DNA of 51,206 nucleotides, filler included, from Basidiobolus ranarum (Eukaryota): NCBI GenBank assembly GCA_040143965.1. It is 3 parts of 3 records of this genome, joined end to end, with 100 filler letters (N's around TTAATTAATTAA, not from the genome) between each part and the next. Parts side by side here need not be neighbours in the genome. Positions count along the whole stretch, not along the records: positions 17,119 to 34,116 come from JASJQH010007194.1; positions 34,217 to 51,206 come from JASJQH010007195.1; 1 more part is not named here. One strand, 5' to 3'. Shown piece by piece: positions 22,748 to 35,833 of this stretch (position 1 is its first letter; each line of letters starts with the position of its first letter). The notes under the pieces were generated by a model. It saw only the letters and a program-made list of their open reading frames with translations, ran no database searches and was not told where the DNA came from. The position numbers and the translations under genes were made by a program.

Positions 22748-24108
22748 AATTCTATCTCTTCATCTACTTTTTAATTGAAATGTTAAGTGCTCATCTTAAC
22801 CATTGGAATGTATATATATATCTATTCTCAAACAATAAAACCTATCATATTCTTGCTGTGCTGACGTGTTCAATCTTAACTTAGTAGGGGGCCCCACAGT
22901 ATTTCTCATTGATAAGGTATCACTGCACAATCTGAGAATGATTCAGCTCATGGCATATGAGATTAACATACTTTTCACCACTAAGAGATGCACGTCATTA
23001 ACATATGAAGGGGCCCCGCAAAAATACCATTGGTCCTCTATGGATTTGGTCAGTCATCCATGATCGCTAATGAATGATAGTCGATCATTATATGATTGAT
23101 CAATATCAATGCTTTATGATAAGTTAATTTTGATTAATAGTGATCAGTGTTGAAGCAACCGCTGATATATCAGACCGCTCTAAACTTAGTTAAAATAATT
23201 TATTGACTAGGATACCTTGAAAGAACCTTCTTACTTGAGGAGCCTCGAGATTTTCAATGCCTCTCATAGTTACAAGATCAATCAGTGTATGTCAACTCAT
23301 AATACTCAAAAAATAGGGTATAGTTGCTAACAAGTATATAGTATAGGTAACTAAATGGACAAAACAATCTTTGAAGCGCATGCTTTGTGTTGCATCCTAC
23401 ATTGTGAGTTAACTTCGCCATGCCAACACACTTGTAAATAACATAGCACCTGAATAGCTTGATCTTTACCTAGTAACGTGAATAAATACTTTGCCTATAT
23501 CGTGAAACACATATCTTATTCTCTATTCCTTTTCCCCTTGTTCCCTGCTCCTTCATCTAATCCTATCCCAGGAAAAGGCCGCCTCTGTCTTGCTCTAGTC
23601 CAGATTCATAACACTTTAATTAATTGCTATGATATTGACGCTACTATTATCCCAAATTTCATTTATATTCTAACCATCTCCAGTTTGATCATAGCTTTTG
23701 AATATGTGTCAGTGGTAAAGATTGGCTTACTGAGTATCTATTGCATGTGGAATTTTAACAAAATTTAAGGGGGGGGGGTTTATATTGAAAGAGTGAAATG
23801 ATATATGAGGGATGAATTAATTCCCCAAAACTTTCTCTTACTAAATGGATTATGAGTATATTTGAGATCTAACAGAACTATGCCATCAATCTTGGATTTT
23901 AAACCATCTTTGTAATGGAAGAATGCTTACCAATCCTCATCTTAGTTAGGTCTCTCCTTCGGTATATATTAGTGGTGTTTAAGGGACGGTCACAATAAAG
24001 ACTTGCTTTTATCGAGGGTCAACGTCATAAATTAGGTTAGGGACAGGGGCAAGAGAAGGGGCCTTGGCAGTGACTTTAACTAGTGAAGAAGATGGCCCAT
24101 ACATGGGG

Positions 24109-25517
24109 TTAGCATTCATCATAATTCTTCAATGGTCTAGGGTTTGCTATGCGGTTAGGTAAAGTTAAACTACGACGAATGTTATTGGTGATGGGAATCG
24201 AACCAATGATGGTTGGTTCGCAGTGTAAATGTTGTTGATAGATGATTAATTTGGGTTTTAACTTTCCGTGGTCAACCAAAGCAATCTTAAAGGTAGCAAG
24301 TTCCATTGGCTTGGTTTTATGAAAGTTCTTACTCTTCCCTAGTGATAGCGTGCGTATTAATTGTCGATTGAGAGGTGGAGAAGCAGTGGTTTTACTGCGC
24401 TTAAGACCGGAAATAACTTGATGAGGCCGTTCTGTTACTGGGGAGGGTGGTTTGATTGGAGTAGATGGTGGTTCTTTTTGTCTTTCCAGAGCATGACGAG
24501 CCATACTCAATCGATGATGATTTTTGATTAAACAAGCTACGACTGACTGGGAGATTTTGTACTCTTCTGGATTTAATTCATGAGTGGGATGAGCTAAGAT
24601 ACATGGTTGAAACACCGAGGCTAGATTCGAAGTATTCATCAGAGTTTGTTCCGCCTGTGCAGCGAAAAAACCTAGTAAATCCAAGATATAGATAAGCAAA
24701 GCCTGGTGTGCATGTGGTAGGTACACCATAGAGGCTTGAAAGGCCCTGATCAACTTTTCCTCATCTTGATGATATTCATCTAAAAGCATCATTGGTTAAT
24801 ATAAGAGCAATCTAACCATTTCAAATGGAAATTTCTTGCTAACCATAAACTTTCCGGAAAAGAAAATATAATTGATGAACTATCACAGGCTCTGGTAAAC
24901 TGTTCAAGTATCGACGGAACAGATTAGCAGCATCATGGACGGTGTAGCTTTCCAGACTCACGTTTTGTCCATAATCTGGGGCTAAATCAAATAACGACTG
25001 AATCTCATTTACACGTCTAGCTGATCCATTCACCCGAAATATTCCCTTGGTGCCTTGAGCTGCGTCTACTATTAGTGCTTACATCAGAGAAGAGTAACGT
25101 GAAGTAAAGTTACGCATACCATGTCTTCTTAGATACTCCCCACATTTAACTATGACGATTGGCATTGTATAGCACAGATAGCCCTCATCAGGTCTAATGT
25201 TGATCCTGGCCCCAGCATAACGAATAGAGGCCGCAACAGGCACGCCAAATATTGTTTTGGTAATATCTTTGGGGCAAAAGGCTGTAGGTGAGGACTAGAG
25301 TTAGTAGGATTCTGTTACATACATACCACCAGAGTGACTTGCCTTTTTTTACTGCTCCTTTTTTGATGGTAAGCTTTCTTGCCGACATAGTTTTGGTTCT
25401 AGTGACCACATCTTTCCAGCGTTCTTTGAGAGTCGGCTTTATGACTTCGTTCTTTCGGAGGAAGAAATTGGATATCTGTTCCCAATGGGAACGCTTCGGC
25501 TTCTCGTCAGGGGACAT
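24109..25517 (-). CDS. RhoGAP domain protein (Sac7/Bag7/Rga5-like)
   Basis: Exons 25517-25343 (GC donor), 25281-25120, 25059-24844 and 24779-24109: IFGVPV..PIVIVKCGEYL..GIFRVNGSARR (arginine finger)..YTVHDAANLFRRYLNSLPEPVI..LMNTSNLASVFQPCIL. Confidence 0.88.
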
Positions 25518-26305
25518 ATACCGCCAGTGTAGTCGTATAAGAAGAGAACAATTTTACGTTTAATGAAATAAAAGATTGGTAAATAATAGAAAATCCAAGA
25601 GATTAAGATAGTAGAGGTGGAGGTGGAGGGAGTAGAGAGTGTAAAGAGATAAAATAATCCCTCAGTTTGGTTCCGTGAAAAATAAAGGGGGTAGGACATC
25701 GCTCGTGGTATATACCACGTTCCTTAGACATCTCTTTGTTTGTTACTCATTTCATTAAATGAAACAGCATATTACAGCGTTTCCAATCCAGAAGTGAGTT
25801 GGAAAATCTATTTCATGGCCAGCACTTCCCAGCCAGTACCTTTGATTGATTCAGCCTAAAGATCCGCGCCATACACCTTATGTCTGACCCGCATTACGCT
25901 AATCATTCCAATAGGATGCAAGCTGAGCAATATACAGCCCAAGGTGATGCACTCACGCATCAGCTACAACTGAGTCCCAATTATGTATATATATGCCTTC
26001 ATGGCAATAACCAATAAAAGAAGTAAATCTAACGATTGATCGAGATAGTCAGATGATTAGGTTGGCAATTATCCATATTCGCTAAATATATATATATTTA
26101 ATGATGACAATTGGTGTGAATTACAGGTGGTAATAAAATCATGGGAATTATACAAATAATGGGAAAGTACACTGGCTCATTTCTTCCCGAAAAGACTGAA
26201 TGAAAATAACGATTGACAACGTCCCAAGGGGTTCGATGTGGTGGAGGATCGTGATGAAGGCGAAGAGAGTGAAGAGAGAACGTTGGTATCGTTAGGGGCA
26301 GCGAT

Positions 26306-29300
26306 TCAACGCGACATCATTTTATGCATCTCTTCCTGTAGCTGATTAATGAGTTTGATCATTTGACTATTTTCATCACGAAGGCTCTCTACGGTCTGGT
26401 TGAGTTCAACAATCTCGTGCTTTTGATGGGCGATCTGAATCTAAACGAAATATGTTAATATGGAGGAGTTCTCAGGGTGAGGATAAGGGTAAGGGGTAGG
26501 GACTCACTTCAAGATTTTCGTTGTTGGTCTGGAGTTTGGCTCCTTCGCTGCGTAGTAAACGCTCATTTTCTTCAGCCTCGCGTCTTTGTATAGCTTCAAG
26601 GGCAGATAAATCATCCTCGTATCTCTTCTTCAATTGATTCAGTTCTTCCTTCTGAAGATTAGTCAAATTCTGAAATGAAAAATTAGATGAGGGAGCTTCT
26701 ACGGGTGTCGTGAGTGAAGATGACTTACGTTCAATTTTTGTCTCATCTCATCAATCTCTTTATCTTTACTTCCAAGTTGGTTGGCGTAGTGGGACTCCAT
26801 CTCCGCCATCTCATCCCTATGCTTATCAGCCATGGCTTGTATTTGCTTTTCTGTTTCGGAAAGAGTGGCCTAGATTAAAGAATTATTAATATAGTGCGGT
26901 TGGGAATATCAGATGAGGCCTTCTTACAAATTGCTCCTTGACCGACGAGTGTGCTATGCGCTCCTGCTCAAGATCTCTTTGAGCCTGTTCCAACTGGACA
27001 TTTAATCCTTCCTCGGCTGACTTGGTAGCGGCCTAGCAACAACGAGTTAATCATTAACCACTTTTAAATTCGATAGAACAAATTGAACTTACTGTAATTT
27101 CCTCTTGGAAGCTAGCCTTCATCTTAGAGATTTCCTCGGATTTGGCCGATATTTCGGTCGAGTGATTTGAGCGTACTTGTTCTAACTCAAGTGCATGTTG
27201 TTGTGTAAGATTTTCCATAGCACCTTTCACTTCCTAAATACCAATATTAAGAATTTAACGCTTACTCACTGAATAGGACGGCCATGAAATTATCCAAATA
27301 CCTCAACTTCTCTCTGGAGAGAACATTGCTCTTCCTTCAAATGTGCAATGGTGAGGTTCAATGCCTCAAGTTCATTGGATTTCGCACTCAATTGCTCTTG
27401 GAATGTCTCGCTAGTCTCTTTGATTTCCTCAGCATGTTTAGCTTCGATAGATTCAAGCTCTGACATTCTATTTTCCCGTAGAGCTTCCAATTCCTGTCGA
27501 GTTTGATCCAACGCAGCTGCCTTGGAAACAGACTCGTCAATGGTGGATTTCGCATCCTGAAGTGCCACGGCATGCTCCTCTTGTAGCCTCTCCAGTTCTT
27601 GCTCATGCTTGACCTGAATGTCCTCCAACGCTTGCGCTACCGAGTCATGAATTCTACCCTGAAGAGAGAGCTCAACTTCTTTCGAGTCCTCCTCATGTTT
27701 CTTCAATGACGACTCATGTTGAGCACGAAGAGACCGCATCTCAGTATTGAGCGAAGTAATCTCTTCCATATTGGATTCTCGCTCCTCAAGGACTCTAGAC
27801 ATTTCATTCTTGACCTCATTTAATTCTTCTTTCAATGAAGTAATTTCGTCAGCATAGCTTTCGTCTAAGCTCCGAAGCTTGTCTTCATGAGAACTAATAA
27901 GAGAGGCTATCTCCGCATCACCGAGCTGAACCTTACGTGCAAGATCTTCATTCTCAAATTCCAAGTTCTTAATGGATTCCTCATATTTCTTGTGTACAGC
28001 GTCGAGCTCCTCCAAGTGCTGGACCTTAATATTCTCTAATTCCTCACCGAGTCTTTTCATTTCAGCTTCAGACTTATCCTGTTCAAGTGATTTTCCTTGT
28101 AGAGATTCAAGATCCTTTTTCAGAGCTGCAAGTTGATCTTCATGGGAACTTTCAAGAGATGAGATTCGAGTCGTAAGTTCCTCAGTATTTTGCAACAACT
28201 CATTCTTTTCCGTTTCAATGGTATCCAGCGCAGATTGATGTTGAGTATGAAGTGCTTTAACCTCTTCCTCATGTTGCTCATTCAATTGTGCCTTTAATCT
28301 CTCCATTTCGCCAGTTTGATCCATTTTGCTCTGCTCATGTTCGAGCTGTGCTGCTTTGAATGATTCTAATTCATCAATGAGTGTCTGCACTTCGGTTTGA
28401 TGGGATTGGCGAAGAACTTGCAGCTGTTGTTCATAGTCAATTTTGATGGAGTTTAACTCCGCACTACTCTCCTCTGCTTGCTTAACCAACTGATTGTTAT
28501 CGTTTTGTAGTCCCTCTAGAGATGCCCTATACTCGGCGTTACACCCTTCTAATTGTTCGGCATGCTTCTCCTTGAGCAAGTCCATATCAGTGGTCAAGCG
28601 TTGCACTTCACTTTCGTAGGAGTCATGAGCACTTCGATTTTGTACTTCGGTGTTCTTGACTGATTCAAGTTCATTCGTCACATTTTGGAGTTCTTGCTGA
28701 TGGTCATCTTGAAGTTTGGTCAATTGCTCCTGGTGCAAGTTTTTGACTTCATCAAATTCGAGAGTTATGGCCTGAAGTTTTTCGGATATCTCTACTTTCT
28801 CCTCCAATGCTGCTGATAAGGCAGCTTGGTGAGCTACACGAAGGTCGTCTAGTTCAGCCTGGCTTTGCGATTTAACAGATTCCAATAAAGATGACAATCT
28901 ATCGATCTCTGCCTGAGATGATTCGCGCTCTTGATCTCCAACTAATTTAGCGTTCTCAAGGTCTTTCAACTTCTCGTGCAATTCAAGCAATTCTTTCTGG
29001 TGAGTTTCATTAAGAGATTCCAACTCAGATTGATGAGTTGACTTGATGGAATCCAATTCAGAAACTTGACTCTGCTCTAGCTGCTCCGTGGACGCAACTT
29101 CCCTGGAATGAGAATCGCGAAGAGCTTCGAGTTCAGCAGAATGTTTGCTTTGCAGATCCTCCAACTTCATTGTCAATTCCGCGATCTCAGAATCATTGCT
29201 GGCCCGATCATGCTCTTGCTCAGCGATGGAGCTCTTGAGTGCTGCCAACTCGGAGTTGATTAGTTCAACTTCACCTTTATGGTTATCTTGAACATTTTGT

Positions 29301-32023
29301 AACTCTTGCGAGTGTTCAGCTTTAAGAGCTTCCAATTCTGAGGACTTAAGTTCAAATTGCTCGAGGAGTTGTTCCTTTTCAGCTACCACTTCAGCAAAAG
29401 AAGATTGCTGCTCCTGACGAAGTGATTCCATTTCTTCACCATGTTTATCCTGAAGTGACTGAATTTCTTCAGAATGCTTTACTTTCAGACTCTCCAGCTC
29501 TTGAGATAGCTCTTGAAGTTGGTTCAAGTCCACCTCGGGCTCACTTTTGGCTTGTGAATCCTTCAACGTCTCAAGGTCTTGTTCTAGTTTTTGAACTGCA
29601 GAAGCATGTGCCTCACGTAAATTTTGGAGCTCTTCGCTGTTAGATATTCTGAGGGCATCCAACTCCTGTATATTTTCCTCTATTTGCTTGGTCAATATCT
29701 CACTGGAGTCTTGGGCAGCTTTGAGAGCTTCTTCGTGTTCAGAACGAATACTTTCCAATTCACGAGTATGCTCAGCTTTGAGGGAATCAATCTCTGTGTT
29801 CAAATCCTCAATAGCAGCAGCATGAGCTGCTTTAAGATTACCAACCTCAGCATCTTGGAACGACTTTGTGCTCGCCAATTCATGAACCTGTGACGCTTTC
29901 AATTCTTCAAGCTCAGTCATTACCTTCAAGATGTCAGATTGATGTCTTTCAGTTAAACTCTCAATCTTGCTAGCATAAGATAACTCGATCTCTTCAACGT
30001 TAGCTAGAGATTCTTCACGAAGATTGTATTTTTCCTCTCTATCTTTCAACTCCGCTTCTTGAGTGAGCTTGAGGTTTTTGATATTCTCCTGATGCTCGTC
30101 AATTATTGCTTGGAACTTCTCGGTAACGCTTTTGACCTCTTCTTGGTGTTGAACTTGTAATGCATCAGTCTCAGACTTGTGAGAGCTGCTTAACTCTTCG
30201 ATTTCATCGGAATGCTGATTGCGAAGCTGTTCCATTTGGTTGTTGAGGTCCTCTAGGGCATGTGATTGTTGTTGGCTAAGTTTCTCAGAGCTTTCAAGCT
30301 CATGAGCGTTACGAAGCTCCTCCAACTCATCAGTGTGTTGTTTCCTCAAATTTTCTAGCTCAGATTTCAATTCCTGTATTGCGGAATCACGTTGTTCAAT
30401 ATCTTCATTGGAGATTTGACTTGAGAGTTGCTCCTTGAGCTCTTGAAGTTCTTCGATATGCTTAGCCTTGAGGCTCTCGACCTCTTGCTCAAGTGTTTGA
30501 ACATTTCCTTTATGCTCCTCTACAATAGATGATATATCTTCTTGGTGATGAGTTTTAAGTCCCTCCAACTCTTGAGCATGTAGAGCTTTCAAAGTAGTAA
30601 GCTCTTCTTCGAGTCGCTGTTGAGCTGCATCTATCTCAAGTTGGAGCTCTTCAAGTTTGGCTTTATCTTCATTGCTGGCATTTTCCTTCAATGCATTGAT
30701 ATCTCCTTGGAAGGAGTCCTTCAAATCTTGGATCTCTTTTTGATGCTCTTCTTGTAAATTTTGTAGGGCTTGTTGATGTTCAATTCGCAAATTTTCCAAC
30801 TCGGATTTGAGCTCACTGATTTCTTGGGACAGAGTATCGATCTCCTTTTCTTTAGCTGAGATAATGTCAAGATTCTTTTCAACCTCCGATTCTCTTTCAG
30901 AGTCGATAGAAAGTTTCAATGACTCTAATTCAGCAGTATGTTCTCTCTTCAATTTTTCTACTTCTTCTGTATAATCATTTTTCAATGATTCAATTTCCGA
31001 TTCTTGATCCAAATGATTTTCGGAATTCCCTTCCAATTCTGTCAGTTTCTCCTTTAAACTTTGTAATTCCATGGATTGATTTTGAAGTAATTCCTCTTTC
31101 TCGATGAGTGTTTTGTTCACCTCCTCCCATTTTTGCTTTAACTCTTCTAATTCGGTGGATAATTTACCTGAAGTAGCCACTCCACTTCTTGGAGTGGCTG
31201 GTTTTTTCTCGAATGCTGCTACTCGATCAGCCACTCGACTTCTAGCTGAATTAATGGATGATGCAGAGGCGGGGACTACTTTCTTAACTGGTGGAGTTGG
31301 GGTTGAAGTTGAAGCTGTACTTCCAGAGCGAGTGACAGTTCTAGTGGTAGAAGCTACGGGAGTTTTGTTAACCACTGAGGCTTTTGCTAATGTAGGTGAC
31401 TTTGTTGCCGGAGTAACAGGTCTAGTGGCTCCTTTAACACCAGCAGGAGTGGTGGTGCCAGGTCTACTTGAAGTAGTAGTGGCTCGAGAGATTGGAGTGG
31501 TAGGTTTGGCGGAAGTTGTCTTGCTACCTACTGCACTTACTCCAGCTTTAGCCACTGGTTTACTCAAGGTTGGAGAGCGAACACTGGTAGTGGATCTAGT
31601 AGCACCCATAGATTCCCGTTTTGTCTTAGTGGTGGTCACTGGTGGCATAGAACGTCTTTTTGAAGGATCCATGGCCTTAGTAGTGGATGTCGTTTCCGTA
31701 CCTTTGGAAGATTTAACGGAAAGTCTAGAGGAAGATCTAGAAGATTTTTCAATTTCAGCGGTGGATTGGTCTTCAGGAATGATTTCAATGGGAGTATCTG
31801 GATTCATTTTTCCATTAGATACAGGTGGGTTGGTTTCCAATACTAGAGACTCAGGCTCCAAGCATTCTTTTATCTCTTCATTATTAATGGGTATAGGTTT
31901 TAAGGTATTCCCGGTTAGGTCTTCTTTGAATTCTGTACCTTGCAATTCAGCTTGAGAAGCTTCGAACTCAGCCCGAGTGGTGGTGGGACTAGGCGTAGGA
32001 GGTTCAGCGGCCAAGGTATCCAT
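26306..32023 (-). CDS. Very large coiled-coil protein (about 1.8k aa) with a basic S/T/P-rich N-terminal region; function unknown
   Basis: Likely start MDTLAAEPP at 32023 after a 5'UTR intron (32088-32029). One 4.7 kb exon to 27302, then about five short exons ending ..QEEMHKMMSR* at 26306. E/L/Q/H-rich periodic sequence. Confidence 0.85.
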
Positions 32024-33091
32024 TAGGTCTATAAGGCAAGTAGAGTAAGAGATGGTACTGTTCAAGTGCATGCTGGGATGATACTTACCGTATATTAAAG
32101 TAATTTAGAAAGTTAAAGTGTCAATTAAAGTAATACTATACAGAGACAGAGACAGATACAGTCAGTGGTTGAATAAGACAAGTATTTTTTGGACGAAAAG
32201 TCAGGCTTTAGATAGAGAAGCAAGAGAGTCCAATCCTCTATTTGGTCAATATTAAGGTATCACCTACACGGGGCGGGGTAAGAAGGGGTAGTCAAGTCTG
32301 GTATACCCATCAAATACTTTTCACTTGAACCAATAATCTTGGAGTTACTTAATTGTCCCTTGACACAAATACAAATCATATTCATATGGATTCGTACTAT
32401 TGTAATTAAGGTACGATGCTTGATTTGTCCTCCTCTGATTGGTATCGCAACAAATGCCCAAGACTCCTTTTTCATGCGTGTGCCACACAAGTGTTGTACC
32501 GTAATAAACAATAATCAACCAATTTTCCTATATAATCTGCTGCGATAGGTAGTCTAACCTAATAGAACAGGGTGTGTTGGTGCGTTAGTGCGCTGTGAAT
32601 ATATCTCCCTTTACTATAATAAGCTATTTGTTACTATGATATGCGTGCTCAGATCCTGGTATTCAAAAAATAATATCAGCACTATCAATAAGTTCCCCCA
32701 TATGAATAAGAATATATCTTCTAAAAGAATTGGTGAACAAACCTTGGCCAACTTTTGCATTTGAATTTAAGTGGTATCTTTGATGCTCTAAGAATACTCT
32801 CTACAGTTGATGATATTGTTGTAATTAAAATGTTATAAATGTTTAAGAAGTTGATGGTGTTTAGTGTTGAAATTTGCATAGCCTAAACAACAATATAGTT
32901 ATATATAGCTTAGTACTTTGTTATTCCTTATTAAACTAAGATATAGCCCACTATTCTCACAAGGAACTTATTCAGGACATTGTTCCCAACTTAGAAGTTC
33001 TCAGATATATAGATTTTACAATCCTGTTCAAGAAGCCCCAAACTTTGCACACATGTTCCTGGGACCTTCCTCAATACATTCTACACATTAG

Positions 33092-34116
33092 TGTCATGAT
33101 TCTGATCTTGGCATACTGATCCACTGCAAATAGAACTCTTGTATTATTAGATTATGACATCATATCTGCTGTGCCATCCCTTCTCAGCAATCTTGTGCTA
33201 GCTCATCCAGATTACCTTATATGGAAGTCATGTTCTTTGGAACATTCCATGAAACCTAACCAATCATGTCATCACACACATAGTGTATTGCCACCAAGAC
33301 CTTCCATGGAAGGTCACCTGATCATCCTTACATCATCCCTCTTTGTATTGGTCCTTGTAGTCCCCAACATCCCAACTCTTGAACTTGCCATGGTATATTC
33401 CCTATTCAGTATATTATGTTTCACCTTGCAATATCTATATAAGCCCCATATATTCCTTGATCAAACCTCAGTCTGATCAACACCAGTTATCAATAAAGAT
33501 TCTTGCCAAAGTATCTTCCTTGTCCTGTCTTGTCTTGTCTTGTGGTCTACACCCAAGTACTCTCCTGCCTTCTAGCCTCTTGTCATTGTTTCCAGTCCTT
33601 GTCCAGTTCCTTATTGTGACAGTTTGATCAGACTACTTATACTTGCCTGTAGACTTCTCTCCATCCCTGTTCTCCAACCTTGAAACCCCCAAGGTTGGCT
33701 TCCCTCTTATTCCCCATCTTTCCCAAGCTTCCCTGCTAAGGCAAAGGTACCTTCCACCTTTGGATAATTGCTCTAAGTGCATCCTTGTCAAGACACTACT
33801 GGTTGAGTTTACAGTTGTTTTTGATCAAAGAAGCTTTAGTACTTGATCAAGATCAAAGGATGTTGATACCAGCATATTCTTTTGTCAAGGTGCCAATCAT
33901 TTCTTCAACAGAAAGTTGGACATTGCATTGTGATTATCATTCCTAGAGAAACTTGTGGTTTTAAAACTTCCCCCTCCCAACACAGTAAGTATTATGTCTA
34001 CACCAGCCCCCACAATGGAAGATATTATGCAAGCTCTTACTCAGCTCCAGCAAGAAAATCAAGAACTTTGTACTTCTATTGCTCAAGTACAGAATCCAGC
34101 TCCACCCAACTATACT
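33092..34116 (+). mobile_element. 5' end of a Ty3/Gypsy (Tf1/sushi-like) LTR retrotransposon: LTR 33092-33621, PBS, leader and gag start at 33995; truncated by the gap
   Basis: 530-bp segment bounded by TGTCA...TGACA, with TATATAA at 33436 and AATAAA at 33492. The PBS position is complementary to the predicted transcript start. The ORF MSTPAPTMEDIMQALTQLQQENQELCTSIAQVQNP resembles a Gag N-terminal coiled coil. pol and the 3' LTR are not visible. Confidence 0.75.
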
Positions 34117-34216
34117 NNNNNNNNNNNNNNNNNNNNNNNNNNNNNNNNNNNNNNNNNNNNTTAATTAATTAANNNNNNNNNNNNNNNNNNNNNNNNNNNN
34201 NNNNNNNNNNNNNNNN

Positions 34217-35833
34217 CTAAAATGATCATTAGTCTCGTTGTCGGCAAAATCCACGTAAAAGCCTTGAGCTGAAATAATGATGGTTATTCCTATGCACTAC
34301 ACATTATCCACCCTGGTGGGGATGCTTACCTTGATTAAAGACATCCGATGGAGATTGCCAGACCCAGTTTTTAAATTGCCATGCGGCGCCGGTGGTAAAC
34401 ACACAGACCACTCTTTCCCTATCAGAAGAATCTCAATGATTGAACTTTCACTATGTCGTGGGAACTATCCACTCTTACCAATCTTCGCTCTTGAAATGAT
34501 CTACTGAGTCAAATACTTGATAGACAACTGGGTGAACCTGTCCGGGCTTCTTACGCTTTATCTCCACCATGTGTGGTTTCTTCACTCCAGAATCACGAAT
34601 GCTCTGAGTGTCAACATATCTACGTGAATCCGTTAGAAAACTCAAAAAATGCGAAAGATATGGATGTGGTTCGAACTAACTTGTGCTCCTCCAAGAATGG
34701 TTTGATGTTGTATAATGTTATCAGTGATGTCGCTGCAGCAGGCACTATGATGATTGGGGTGCGAGCATCTATTATGATTGAAATATGGCTTAGGTAACAA
34801 CGATAACAATCCAATCCAATGCAGAGACAAACCTTTGGACATATGTCTAGATGATTTCGCTCCATGAGAAGAACTGGAGTGTCGCGTAGTCGAATGACCA
34901 GGAGCTATAAACACTGTTCAATATGTATAATAAAATCCACGATGAATTATTAGGTAAAGTACCAGGATGGCTTGGTCGTTCGCGTCCATTCGAACCATTC
35001 TTTGGATCTTTAGCTCCCTCTGGCTTCTTCAACTCAACCAGTTCTTTCTCGATATCCTTTATCATGGCGGCTGCTTTTTTTTGAATAAACGAAAATGACT
35101 AATTTCATGATATTAGTAGGGTATGATATAGTATGAACCATTAAAATCTTATGTTATTACTCTGGTTCCTTTTAAAATGGTTTCTTTAGTGTTCAGCTCA
35201 CGCTCGCGTACTTTGAGTTTCCTAGAAAATTCCGAGTCGTTCTGAAGAAAAGGATTAAAACCATAGTTTGAACCGATAAAAGTCGCTCTATACTAACCGA
35301 AGGATCTGTTGCCGAAGTGGAAGTTTTTGCCTTCTTAGTAGTATCTTCTATTTCTTTTTTACTCTCTTCTGGTGGACGTTTGGCTTTAGGGTGAAAAAGA
35401 AAAAGGAGTGGAGGTTCTCTAAGATTAATTTCACGCTTTAACAAAAACAAGAAAATGACCCACGAAAATTACCATTTTCAGTAACAACGTTTGGACTAGT
35501 CTCAATTACTCCAGTTAGATAGTCGAGTAAATCTTTACGATCGATATAAGAAACAGTTGGAATGCCTGCACTTAAACTCTCTTTTAAAAGTGAACCATAA
35601 TCGAGGGAGATATTTTGAACGAGAAACACGAGGGTATCGAGTGTATAAAACTCTTCTGAGCCACTCTTCTTGTATTTTGTGATAGTGGTTTTGGGAAATT
35701 TGGTTTCTGCAAAGGAGATCTCTGTAGCTTGCTTTAGTTCAGTAGTAACTTGACCAGAATCATCGAGAAATTGAACAGGTTTCTTGTTGATGGTGAAATC
35801 TCTAAGTAAAGAAAGTGAATCTTGACTCGCCAT
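34217..35833 (-). CDS. CDC73: Paf1 complex subunit Cdc73/parafibromin, multi-exon; 3' end lost in the gap
   Basis: N-terminus MASQDSLSLLRDF..YTLDTLVFL..VSYIDRKDLLDYLTG. C-domain TPIIIVPAAATSLITLYNIKPFLE..EDWERVVCVFTTGAAWQFKNWVW. Confidence 0.93.

Noticed and set aside
31104-31955. 283-aa plus-strand ORF and other antisense ORFs (17145-17684, 48040-48537, 50034-50771, 3686-4018)
   Set aside because: Shadows of real genes on the opposite strand with no recognisable motifs.
32081-32090. ATACTTACC resembling the U1 snRNA 5' end
   Set aside because: It is the reverse complement of a 5' splice site (G|GTAAGTAT) in the coiled-coil gene's 5'UTR; no U1 body follows.
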